From NCBI GenBank assembly GCA_944320725.1, contig CALUIM010000008.1:94385-158384 (forward strand): a stretch of 64,000 nucleotides of DNA, in the 5' to 3' direction. Below the pieces are notes generated by a model, which saw only the letters and a program-made list of their open reading frames with translations, was not told where the DNA came from and searched no databases. Made by a program: the position numbers and the translations under genes. The first letter of the stretch is position 1; each line of letters begins with the position of its first letter. Shown here piece after piece: positions 46,997 through 55,235 of the stretch. Origin of the DNA: an uncultured Coriobacteriaceae bacterium (GTDB lineage: Bacteria; Actinomycetota; Coriobacteriia; Coriobacteriales; Coriobacteriaceae).

Positions 46997-49876
46997 ATGA
47001 GCGTCTTCACCCGTTACACGCTGCGGTCACTTGCCAAAAACCGCACGCGCACCGCGGTGTCCATCGTGGGCGTGGCACTTTCGGTCGCGCTCATCACCGC
47101 CGTGCTCACAAGCGTTGTCTCGCTTTCCAACCTGCTGCTCGTGCGCACCGCCGCCGATGAGGGCTGGTGGTACGGCGAGGTGGCGAATGTCGCGACAAGC
47201 GATTATGAGCGCCTGCGCACCAACCCCGATGTGACCGACCTCACCGGCATCGCCGACCTGGGTACGGTCTCGCTCGGCGAGGAGAACAGCAGCCTCTACG
47301 GCTCGTATCTCTATGTGAAAACGTGGCCCGAAGCGCGCGAGGGTGCCGAGCCGCTTGTCGAGGAACCAGAACTCGTTGCCGGCCGCGCACCTCAGGCTCC
47401 CGGCGAGATCGTGCTCCCCCACTACCTGCAAAACGTGCAGCTCGAGCCCTGTGGGCTCACCACAACCAACAACGAGGCGCTCGCCATCGGAGATACGGTG
47501 ACGTTTGATCTGGGCACGCGCACGGTCCAAAACCTCGATGACGGCTCGACCTACGTCGCGACGAGCATCAACGGCCAGTTCATCGACGAAGATCTTCAGC
47601 GCGAATCGTATGCCGCAGACCTTGGGCAGCTGAGCGGCACCGTCGTGGGCTTTTATCGCAGTTACGGGAGCTCCTCCACGGTGGCGCTGCAGGGCAACAG
47701 CGCCTACGTCTATGATGACGGCAGCGCCCTTGAGCGCGTTATGACCGACGATGCCGAGTCCACGTGGGCGTCATTCCTCTTCCGCACGCAAGACCCCGCC
47801 GACGCAGGACCGCTCGTCGGCGAGATCATGGCTGGCAACGATGCCGTAGGCGGCAGTGTGCACACCTCGCTTATCCGCTGGATGGGCGTCACCCCCGATA
47901 CCGCCATCTGGAACACGCTCTACCAGATCGCCGGCATCTTAGCCGCGATCGTCGTCATCGCAGGTATCTCACTCGTCTACAACAGCTTCGCCATCTCGGT
48001 TGCCGAGCGCACGCGGCAGTTTGGCCTGCTCTCGAGCCTGGGCGCGAGCCGCCGCCAGCTGCGGCGCACCGTGATCACCGAAGCGCTCATCATCGGCCTC
48101 GTGGGCATTCCTATGGGCCTCGCGTTGGGACTGGCCGGCTGCTTCATGGTCTTCACGCTGCTCGGCGAGGGCATCATGGCGTTCACCGGCGGCAGCGATG
48201 CCTCCGTCGTGGTAAGCCCCGTGGCCCTCGCGCTGGCTGCCGCGCTCGGCCTCATCACCATTCTCGTGAGCGCCTGGATTCCCGCTATCCGCGCAAGCCG
48301 CGTTTCGGCGGTCGACGCCATTCGCCAGAGCCAAGACGTGCGCCTCAGCCGTAGCGCGCAACGCGCCCTGCGCCGTCGCGCGCACAGCGCTGGCAAGCAC
48401 GGCAGCGCCACGCAGCGCTCGCTCGGCATCGCCGGCAAGCTCTTCGGCATCCCCGGCTTCATCGCCCACAGAAACCTCACGCGCAGCTCGTCCAAGGGCC
48501 GCGTCACCGTGGCCGCGCTCGCTGTCTCGGTTGCCCTCATCATCACCTCGGGCTCCATCGCCGATGTGATGAGCTATGCGAGCGACACCGCCGTGAACAC
48601 CATGGAGGGACAGGATCTGGCGCTCTACATCGATGCCACCGGCGCCGGGGCAGACCAGACGCTCGCGCTGGCGGACGGCAAGGTGGACGGCGCGGGCATG
48701 CAGCGCTCGCTCGCGCGCTTCTATGCCGACGCGTCCAAGGTTGAGGGCGCGACGCCCAACGGCTACGCCACGAACTATGTCGCCGATATGATCGTGCCGG
48801 CCGACATGCTCGATAGCGATATCACCGGGCTCGACGGCAGCAACGGCATCCTTTCCAACGGCACGTGGTTCGGACAGGCCTACGTCTACTTCGTGGACGA
48901 GGCGACATGGGAGGCCTATATCGCCGACCTCGGGCTCTCGCGCGACACGTTCTGCGACCCCGAACACCCCCGCGTCGTCGCCGTGAACACCTACACCACC
49001 AACGACGGCGAGACGTACGCCACCCGGCAGCCGTTCAAAGCCACCGGAAGCGTGGACTTCCTCGAATTTGCCGATCTCGATGGCCGATTCATCGCCGGCA
49101 TCCAAGACGGCCCCGATGGAGAACCGCAGGCGATGTACTACGACGACCATGGCGAGGAGCACTACCTCCCCTATGCCGAGGCGGTGGCAAGCGAGCGCCA
49201 TGTCGAGGTGGGCGCGCTCGCAGAGCACGCTCCCACCTGCGTCGACCGATCGGGCACGCTTCAGCTCATCCTGCCCGCCTCCGCCATCGCGCTTTCGGCA
49301 AACACCGGGTACGTGCGCGCCAGTCTCTCATTCAACACGAATGGTGACGCCGCCCAGGCCAGCAAGGTCGAGAACGCGCTCAAGAAGATCGCTAGCGACT
49401 ACCCCGAGCTCGATATCACCTACACGAATATTGCCGAGGCAAAGCTGCAGGCGCGCCTCATGGCGACCACGGTGAACACCTTCATCTACTGCTTCGCCAT
49501 CATCTGCGGCCTCATCGCTGTGACGAACGTCTTCAACACGCTCGCCAATGCCTTAATGCTCCGCCGTCGCGAGTTCGCCATGCTCAAGTCCATCGGCATG
49601 GGCAACCGGGCGTTCCGCCGCATGATCGCCTACGAGTGCGCGAGCTACGCGCTGCGCGGCTTCTGCATCGGCTGTGCGCTGGCGCTCCTCGCCTCGTTTG
49701 GGTTCTACCAGGCCATGATGCTCTCGTACTCCACCTACGAGTTCCACCTACCGCTCGTGCAGACCGGCGTGGCGCTGGCCATCGTGCTCGCCGTCATCCT
49801 CATGAGCGTGGTATACGCGCTGCGCAAGAGCCAGAGCACAAACATCGTCGAGTCGCTGCGCGCCGACGCCATCTGA
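46997..49876 (+). CDS. FtsX-family ABC permease with two FtsX modules and large extracytoplasmic domains
   Basis: 959 aa. The typical N-terminus RSLAKNRTRTAVSIVGVALS and two FtsX-type TM bundles. ATG 46997 after AGGAGG. Confidence 0.85.
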   Translation: MSVFTRYTLRSLAKNRTRTAVSIVGVALSVALITAVLTSVVSLSNLLLVRTAADEGWWYGEVANVATSDYERLRTNPDVTDLTGIADLGTVSLGEENSSLYGSYLYVKTWPEAREGAEPLVEEPELVAGRAPQAPGEIVLPHYLQNVQLEPCGLTTTNNEALAIGDTVTFDLGTRTVQNLDDGSTYVATSINGQFIDEDLQRESYAADLGQLSGTVVGFYRSYGSSSTVALQGNSAYVYDDGSALERVMTDDAESTWASFLFRTQDPADAGPLVGEIMAGNDAVGGSVHTSLIRWMGVTPDTAIWNTLYQIAGILAAIVVIAGISLVYNSFAISVAERTRQFGLLSSLGASRRQLRRTVITEALIIGLVGIPMGLALGLAGCFMVFTLLGEGIMAFTGGSDASVVVSPVALALAAALGLITILVSAWIPAIRASRVSAVDAIRQSQDVRLSRSAQRALRRRAHSAGKHGSATQRSLGIAGKLFGIPGFIAHRNLTRSSSKGRVTVAALAVSVALIITSGSIADVMSYASDTAVNTMEGQDLALYIDATGAGADQTLALADGKVDGAGMQRSLARFYADASKVEGATPNGYATNYVADMIVPADMLDSDITGLDGSNGILSNGTWFGQAYVYFVDEATWEAYIADLGLSRDTFCDPEHPRVVAVNTYTTNDGETYATRQPFKATGSVDFLEFADLDGRFIAGIQDGPDGEPQAMYYDDHGEEHYLPYAEAVASERHVEVGALAEHAPTCVDRSGTLQLILPASAIALSANTGYVRASLSFNTNGDAAQASKVENALKKIASDYPELDITYTNIAEAKLQARLMATTVNTFIYCFAIICGLIAVTNVFNTLANALMLRRREFAMLKSIGMGNRAFRRMIAYECASYALRGFCIGCALALLASFGFYQAMMLSYSTYEFHLPLVQTGVALAIVLAVILMSVVYALRKSQSTNIVESLRADAI

Positions 49877-49933
49877 CACATTGGGGACGGGTCCGTTTTT
49901 GCGGCTCGCTCGCACACCCGCGAAGCAACATCC

Positions 49934-50956
49934 CTACTGTGCGAGGTGGTACCCCATAAAGCCGCTCACCGCGCGCCAGTAACGGTCGGGATCGGTTGCC
50001 GAGGCAAGCGCGTGGCCCGCCCCCTCGATCACGAGCGCCTCCTTCACCGGGCTCGCGCATGCCTCGACCACGCGTCCGTGCATCCAATAGGGTACGAAGG
50101 CGTCTTCGGAGCCGTGGATGAAGAGCATGGGCACATGCGCCGCATGGAGGCGCTCGACAGCGCTCGCCTCCTTGAAGCCCCAGCCGGCACGGGCGCGGCA
50201 CACCGTGTTCGCGGCGTCGAGCAGCGGCGACACCGGCAGATGCAGCGTGTTGCCCATCTGAAAGGCAAACTCGTCCCACACGCTCGTGTAGCCGCAATCC
50301 TCCACGATGCAGCGCACCTGCTCGGGCAGGTCAAGGCCCGATGCCATCATGACCTCGGCACCGCCCATCGAGACGCCGTAGAGCGCGATACGCGCCGCAG
50401 GGTCGAACGAGCAGATGAGGTCGATCCACCCCAGCAGGTCGTCGGCATCGCGCCAACCCATGGTGATATCGCGATTGCTGTTGCGCTCGTGACCACGCGC
50501 CGCCGGCAGCAGCACGGAGATGCCCTCGCGGTGCGCCAGCTGCGCCTCAAGCGCCAGATCTGCCGGTTGGCCCACATAGCCATGGCAGAAAATGCCGTAG
50601 TGATGAGACGCCGTGTCCGCCCCGCGAACGAAGCTTCCGTCCTCGCGCGAAACCACGTTCACCCCGTCGGCGAAGACCGCCCAACCGAGCAGCGCACCGC
50701 CATCGCGTGCCTCGATCTGGACGCTTTGCCGGGTGCGCTCAAACCAAGTGCGCGCCGCATCGCGCGCGGGGTTGCCGGTGAACGGCGCCCCGTCGAGCCC
50801 CGCTGCCGCGCCGGCGTGGATCTGCGCCGCCATGGAGCGCTTCGCGCGCGGATTGAGTGCGAAATCGTAGAGCAGGTTGCCAACGGCACCGAGCCCCATC
50901 GCGCCAAGCGCCGCGACACCGCCCGCAGCAGCCCCGATCAAATGCACAGGATTCAT
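49934..50956 (-). CDS. Alpha/beta hydrolase with an N-terminal TM or signal anchor
   Basis: Nucleophile elbow GVSMGG, plus downstream Asp and His (HGSEDAFV; GAGHA). Confidence 0.75.
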   Translation of the reverse strand: MNPVHLIGAAAGGVAALGAMGLGAVGNLLYDFALNPRAKRSMAAQIHAGAAAGLDGAPFTGNPARDAARTWFERTRQSVQIEARDGGALLGWAVFADGVNVVSREDGSFVRGADTASHHYGIFCHGYVGQPADLALEAQLAHREGISVLLPAARGHERNSNRDITMGWRDADDLLGWIDLICSFDPAARIALYGVSMGGAEVMMASGLDLPEQVRCIVEDCGYTSVWDEFAFQMGNTLHLPVSPLLDAANTVCRARAGWGFKEASAVERLHAAHVPMLFIHGSEDAFVPYWMHGRVVEACASPVKEALVIEGAGHALASATDPDRYWRAVSGFMGYHLAQ

Positions 50957-50975
50957 GCTTCGCCTTCTATTCCCG

Positions 50976-52319
50976 TTATTTGGGGCGACGCTGCTTCAAG
51001 GCCTTCGGCGACACCGTGATACCGCCTTCCGCCTGCCGAACGCGCGTATAGCGGCTCCGGCTCCGCGCGCTCCGCTCCGCCTTCGTGCCACCCGTACCGC
51101 CAGAAGCTGCCGCCGCACCAGACGCAGCCCCCGCGTGCGACGAGCTCTCCGATGCTTTATGCGCACGCGCACCCTCGCGCTCGCGCTGCTGCGCCCGCGA
51201 CGGCATGAGACGCGCCACGAAGCGATCCCAACGAGCATGGATGCTCGCATGGCGCGGGCTCTTGAGGCCCAGCAAGGGCGCGGCCAGAATCGTGGGCGCG
51301 ATGAAGGTGATGAGACGCCATACCAGATAGCCCGCCGTGGCCGCCGAGCCAAAGAAGTGGCCCAAAAACAGCGCGAAGCCGCCCTCGGCACCGCCGGTAC
51401 CGCCCGGGGTGGGCATGGCAGACGACAGCAGCTGCACGAAGGCAGACGCCGCCATCACCGAGAAGAAGTCGACATCATGGTGCCCGAACGCCAGCATGAT
51501 GAAATACGGCACCAGGTAGAAGAAGCCCAGCTGAAGCATTGTGATGACCACGGTGAGCAGCATCGAGGAGAGATGCCCTGCTGAGAGCTTGAACTTCTCG
51601 GAGAAGGAATACACCTCGCCGTCCACGAAGGCACGCCACCCGTCGACCTTGCTCGTGGCAACGCCCACGCGCGCAAGCACCCGCAACCCCCAGTGCGCCA
51701 CGCGAATCACCGTCTTGGGCATGAGCGCAATCGCGAAAATGAGCAGGAGAATGCACACGTGCCCGCCGAAGCTGAACACGCACAACAGCGTGATGTCGCC
51801 GTAGCGCTCGGTGAAAAACGGCATGCGCGCAAGCAGCAGAATCGCGCCCCACACCACGAGACCAAACTGGTACACGATGAAGCGCGTGAACTGCGTGGCA
51901 CCGGCCTCGCCCACGTTCTGCCCCGCCTTGGTGAGGCGGTAGATCTGCGCGGGCGTGGAGCCCATCATCATGGGCGTGAGGTTGCCGAAGAAGATACCCG
52001 ATGCCTCGACGGAAATGAGGTCGCGAATGCCCACCGGCGAATCGGGATCGAGCCACACGGCGATGGCGTAGGCCGCGATGCCGAAGATGAGGTAGAGCAG
52101 CATGCACAAACACGCGACCACGATCCAGGAGATCTGCACGTTTTGCAGGGCGGCCACAAACTCGGCACCCTGCCCCGTCACGATGATGTAGATCACGAAG
52201 GCCAGAAGCGCGAGCCCGATGAAGATGGCGCCGCGGCGCGCGCTCTTATGATCGTCGCCTCCAGCGGGGGCGGCATCGACCTGCGGCGCAGGCACGGTAT
52301 GCTTGGGGGAATCCGACAT
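50976..52319 (-). CDS. Lysylphosphatidylglycerol-synthase-TM (flippase-like, UPF0104) family membrane protein
   Basis: Polytopic protein whose N-terminal pattern resembles MprF-flippase-like domains. Basic disordered C-terminal tail. Confidence 0.65.
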   Translation of the reverse strand: MSDSPKHTVPAPQVDAAPAGGDDHKSARRGAIFIGLALLAFVIYIIVTGQGAEFVAALQNVQISWIVVACLCMLLYLIFGIAAYAIAVWLDPDSPVGIRDLISVEASGIFFGNLTPMMMGSTPAQIYRLTKAGQNVGEAGATQFTRFIVYQFGLVVWGAILLLARMPFFTERYGDITLLCVFSFGGHVCILLLIFAIALMPKTVIRVAHWGLRVLARVGVATSKVDGWRAFVDGEVYSFSEKFKLSAGHLSSMLLTVVITMLQLGFFYLVPYFIMLAFGHHDVDFFSVMAASAFVQLLSSAMPTPGGTGGAEGGFALFLGHFFGSAATAGYLVWRLITFIAPTILAAPLLGLKSPRHASIHARWDRFVARLMPSRAQQREREGARAHKASESSSHAGAASGAAAASGGTGGTKAERSARSRSRYTRVRQAEGGITVSPKALKQRRPK

Positions 52320-52589
52320 GGGTCTCCTCTGGAATCTTTCCTATGCATCGGGCGGCACGCGCCCGGATTCGTTGCACTCGGTCCGCCGGAACGCTCCTGG
52401 CGCTCACGGACCGTCTCCATTGTACGGGTTCTCGGCATCCGCGCCCACCCACGCGAGCAACGCGCCAGAAACTCCAGACATGGCCGCGCAGCACCACCCG
52501 CCGGCATCGCCGCCAGCGGTTATGGGTACGATAGAGCAGACGATAAACCCACCCAATACCCTGCGGGCGCACCCGCACGAGGAGCAACT

Positions 52590-54032
52590 ATGCGTTCGGA
52601 CACCCCGGCACCCAACCGCATCCCCAGCTTCACCGGCTCGTTTCGCGAGAACCTCGATGCCCTCATCGACATCCTGGAACGCGGCGACAAAGACGCCGGT
52701 GGCAAGAAGATCGGCTTCGAGCTCGAGCGTATCCTCGTAGATTGCACCGGCACCACGCTGCCCTTCGCGGGCGAACGCGGTGTGTCGGCCCTCGTCCATG
52801 AGCTGGCGCACAACATCCCTGATGTTGAAACCTCCATCATCGACGGACATCTCCTCGGTCTCGCCTGGATCGAGCATACCGAGCTCGAGGATGTCGAGGT
52901 GAACCTCTCGCTCGAGCCCTCCGCCCAGCTTGAGATATCGGCTGGCCCCGCCCACACGGTCAAGGCGCTCTTTGATGCCGTAAGCGCATTCGACGCGCGT
53001 GTCACCCGCGCCCTCGAGTGCCTCGGCATCGATGCCGAACTCGTAGCGGCAGGCTACAACCCCTTCGTCATAAGCCCGCTCGACCTCGAGCTCATCCCCA
53101 AAGAGCGCTACCGCGACATGGACCGCTATCTCTCCCGCCGCGGCCGCTACGCGCGCGACATGATGCGCTGCACCGCCTCCACCCAAGTTTCGCTCGATTA
53201 CGAAAGCGAACAGGACGCGGCGCGCATCTACCGCATGGCCACGTTGCTGGGGCCGGTGTTTGCCTTCCTCTTCGACAACGCACCCGTCTTTCGCGGCGCG
53301 GCGTCCGCCGGCATGGCGCGGTCGCGCATCTGGCACCATGTGGACGTAGATCGCTGCGGCATCGTGCCCGGTTCGCTTGAAGGCCTCACGTTCGAGGACT
53401 ACATCCTGTGGGTTTCCTCGGTCAAGCCGATTCTTTTCACCGACGAGCACCACGTGACCTGCGCCACGGGCGACCGCTACACCCGCGACATCATGTCCGA
53501 GCGCCCCCTTACCCGCTCCGAGCTGCTGCATCTGCTCTCGATGGTCTTTCCCAACGTGCGCCTCAAGGGCTTTGTGGAGCTGCGCGAGATGGACTCCCTG
53601 CCGCCGCGCCTCGCCGCCGCGTGCACGAGTTTCACCGGCGCCCTCTTCTATGACAAATGCCTCGAGACCAAACTTGCGCATCGGCTGAGCGCATGGTTGC
53701 CAGACGGCTTTGCCGGCATCGACGAAAACGACGCGGTGTTGGCGCGCCTGCACCTCGAGGAACAGGGCTGGGATGCCACCGTGTACGGCATGCCCGTGTG
53801 TGCCATCGTGGATGCACTCGTGGCGATTGCGCGCGAGAACGTCGAGGAAGATGCCGGGTGCACCGCACCGGATAGCACGGTCGCCGATACCATCGAGGTG
53901 CCTGTCGTACGCGCCTCGGGTGTCGCTCGCGCCTTCGATCGGGAGAGCATCGATCTGCTTGAGCGCATGTGGTCGAAGCGCCTGCTGCCGCGCGACATCG
54001 ATGAGCAAGGTATTCTGCCGCGCCTGAGCTAA
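52590..54032 (+). CDS. gshA: Glutamate--cysteine ligase
   Basis: FELERILVD and NLSLEPSAQLEISAGP motifs of the gamma-GCS family. ATG 52590 after GAGGAG. The longer ORF from 51693 is antisense to the neighbouring gene. Confidence 0.75.
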   Translation: MRSDTPAPNRIPSFTGSFRENLDALIDILERGDKDAGGKKIGFELERILVDCTGTTLPFAGERGVSALVHELAHNIPDVETSIIDGHLLGLAWIEHTELEDVEVNLSLEPSAQLEISAGPAHTVKALFDAVSAFDARVTRALECLGIDAELVAAGYNPFVISPLDLELIPKERYRDMDRYLSRRGRYARDMMRCTASTQVSLDYESEQDAARIYRMATLLGPVFAFLFDNAPVFRGAASAGMARSRIWHHVDVDRCGIVPGSLEGLTFEDYILWVSSVKPILFTDEHHVTCATGDRYTRDIMSERPLTRSELLHLLSMVFPNVRLKGFVELREMDSLPPRLAAACTSFTGALFYDKCLETKLAHRLSAWLPDGFAGIDENDAVLARLHLEEQGWDATVYGMPVCAIVDALVAIARENVEEDAGCTAPDSTVADTIEVPVVRASGVARAFDRESIDLLERMWSKRLLPRDIDEQGILPRLS

Positions 54033-54128
54033 CCGCCGCGCGACGCCGCCGGTGCACACGCCAACACCCCGACCGCTCCACGGGATGCCCACAAGTTGCG
54101 CCATTCCACAACTTTCTGAAAAAAGTCC

Positions 54129-54157
54129 TTGCGCGAGCGCGGGTGTTTCCGTATTAT
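54129..54157 (+). promoter_or_regulatory. Putative promoter of tRNA-Glu copy 1
   Basis: TTGCGC, a 17-nt spacer, then TATTAT. Confidence 0.5.
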
Positions 54158-54191
54158 TCTTACTCGCACAAGGACAAGCGCCTTGTCACAT

Positions 54192-54268
54192 GGCCCGTTC
54201 GTCTAGCGGTTCAGGACGCCGCCCTCTCAAGGCGGAGATCACCAGTTCGAATCTGGTACGGGCTACCA
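54192..54268 (+). tRNA. tRNA-Glu (anticodon CTC), copy 1
   Basis: Acceptor GGCCCGT/ACGGGCT, anticodon stem CCGCC/GGCGG with loop CTCTCAA, T-arm AGTTCGAATCT, encoded CCA. Confidence 0.9.
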
Positions 54269-54277
54269 AGAACTTCC

Positions 54278-54300
54278 AGGCTCCCCCAGGGAGCCTTTTT
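54278..54300 (+). terminator. Intrinsic terminator after tRNA-Glu copy 1
   Basis: AGGCTCCC-CCA-GGGAGCCT followed by TTTTT. Confidence 0.8.
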
Positions 54301-54388
54301 CGTATCGCGAGTCAGCGCTGCCCATGCGCACCACAGGTGCCGGCAACTCAGACAGCCCATCTCCTCGCCACTTTTTTCAAATTAGGGC

Positions 54389-54417
54389 TTGCGCGGACCT
54401 GCAGCCTGCCGTAATAT
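54389..54417 (+). promoter_or_regulatory. Putative promoter of the tRNA-Gln/tRNA-Glu pair
   Basis: TTGCGC, a 17-nt spacer, then TAATAT. Same architecture as the promoter at 54129. Confidence 0.5.
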
Positions 54418-54457
54418 ACTTTCTTGCGCAAAGCCTCGCTTTGCGTGCATGGATCAC

Positions 54458-54531
54458 TGGGATGTCGTCTAATGGCAGGACAGCGGATTCTGGTTCCGTC
54501 AATGGGGGTTCGACTCCCTCCATCCCAGCCA
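54458..54531 (+). tRNA. tRNA-Gln (anticodon CTG)
   Basis: Acceptor TGGGATG/CATCCCA, anticodon loop TTCTGGT, T-arm GGTTCGACTCC, encoded CCA. Confidence 0.9.
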
Positions 54532-54540
54532 TTCGCATAT

Positions 54541-54617
54541 GGCCCGTTCGTCTAGCGGTTCAGGACGCCGCCCTCTCAAGGCGGAGATCACCAGTTCGAA
54601 TCTGGTACGGGCTACCA
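54541..54617 (+). tRNA. tRNA-Glu (anticodon CTC), copy 2
   Basis: Identical in sequence to copy 1. Confidence 0.9.
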
Positions 54618-54626
54618 AGAACTTCC

Positions 54627-54649
54627 AGGCTCCCCCAGGGAGCCTTTTT
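54627..54649 (+). terminator. Intrinsic terminator after tRNA-Glu copy 2
   Basis: Identical to the hairpin at 54278-54300. Confidence 0.8.
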
Positions 54650-54782
54650 CGTATCGCAACAACGCCATTCAGACCATAGTGCGCCCTCCAATCTATAACC
54701 GCTGCGCTGGAAGCACGGTCTATCGACTTCGACTCACTACGATGGCACACTGCGCCCCCGGCCCTCCAATCACGACACCCTC

Positions 54783-55186
54783 ATGGTCACGAGAAGAGGG
54801 ATATGGGCAACGGAAAGCCGAGCATTTCGCTCCGATGGTCATGACAGGCGAGGTATGGGTTGAAGCGACGTTGCATGGCGCAGGCAATGGTCACAGCAAT
54901 GGGGTTATGGGTGGAAATGACGTTGCATGACGCAAGTAGTGGTCACGGCGACGGGGTTATGGGCGGCTGAGATGCGCGCAGGCGGGCTTGACGTTCGTTA
55001 CGGCGCCTGAGAAGCCTGAAAAGAGCTTCTCAGGCGCGCTCAGTTGCATGCACTTCGCCCATACGTCTTACACGATGACCACAGGAACGCATGTGCTACG
55101 GCTGTGGCACCCATACGTGCCCTCTCGTGACCAGCAGCCGTGCTCTCCTACGCGTTTCTCACCCATATGTGTCTCTTCGTGACCAC
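54783..55186. repeat. Phased array of a 26-bp bipartite motif with a 52-bp period, 4 direct and 3 inverted copies
   Basis: Direct copies RTGGTCAY-N11-TATGGGY start at 54783, 54835, 54887 and 54939. Reverse-complement copies start at 55057, 55109 and 55161. Confidence 0.85.
55003..55037. other. Perfect 13-bp stem hairpin near the centre of the phased array
   Basis: GCGCCTGAGAAGC-CTGAAAAGA-GCTTCTCAGGCGC. No U-tract on either strand. Confidence 0.8.
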
Positions 55187-55235
55187 GCTTTCCGGTGAGG
55201 CTGAGAGCAAAGGGCTGAGAATAGAGAACTGTGCG

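Larger units (their letters stand above)
54190..54657 (+). repeat. 119-bp perfect direct repeat (54190-54308 and 54539-54657) bracketing tRNA-Gln
   Basis: Base-by-base comparison shows both copies are identical. Each carries a complete tRNA-Glu plus its terminator. Confidence 0.9.

Noticed and set aside
51693-52589. 299-codon upstream extension of the gshA ORF
   Set aside because: It is antisense to the flippase-like gene. The conserved GCS sequence begins after ATG 52590, which has a GAGGAG SD.
54052-54750. ORFs of 80-124 aa overlapping the tRNA-Glu/Gln/Glu cluster
   Set aside because: They are read through tRNA genes, promoters and terminators and include the duplicated segment. They are not coding.
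54679-54930. 83-aa ORF across the direct-repeat arm
   Set aside because: The repeat period of 52 bp is not a multiple of 3, so the repeats are not read consistently. There is no SD. This is more likely non-coding DNA.
54783-55186. Interpretation of the 52-bp phased repeats as a CRISPR array (26-nt repeat plus 26-nt spacer)
   Set aside because: The repeats are conserved only at their ends, with a variable 11-bp core. Adjacent spacers resemble each other. Three units are in inverted orientation. There are only 4+3 units and no cas genes or leader. This is not CRISPR-like behaviour.
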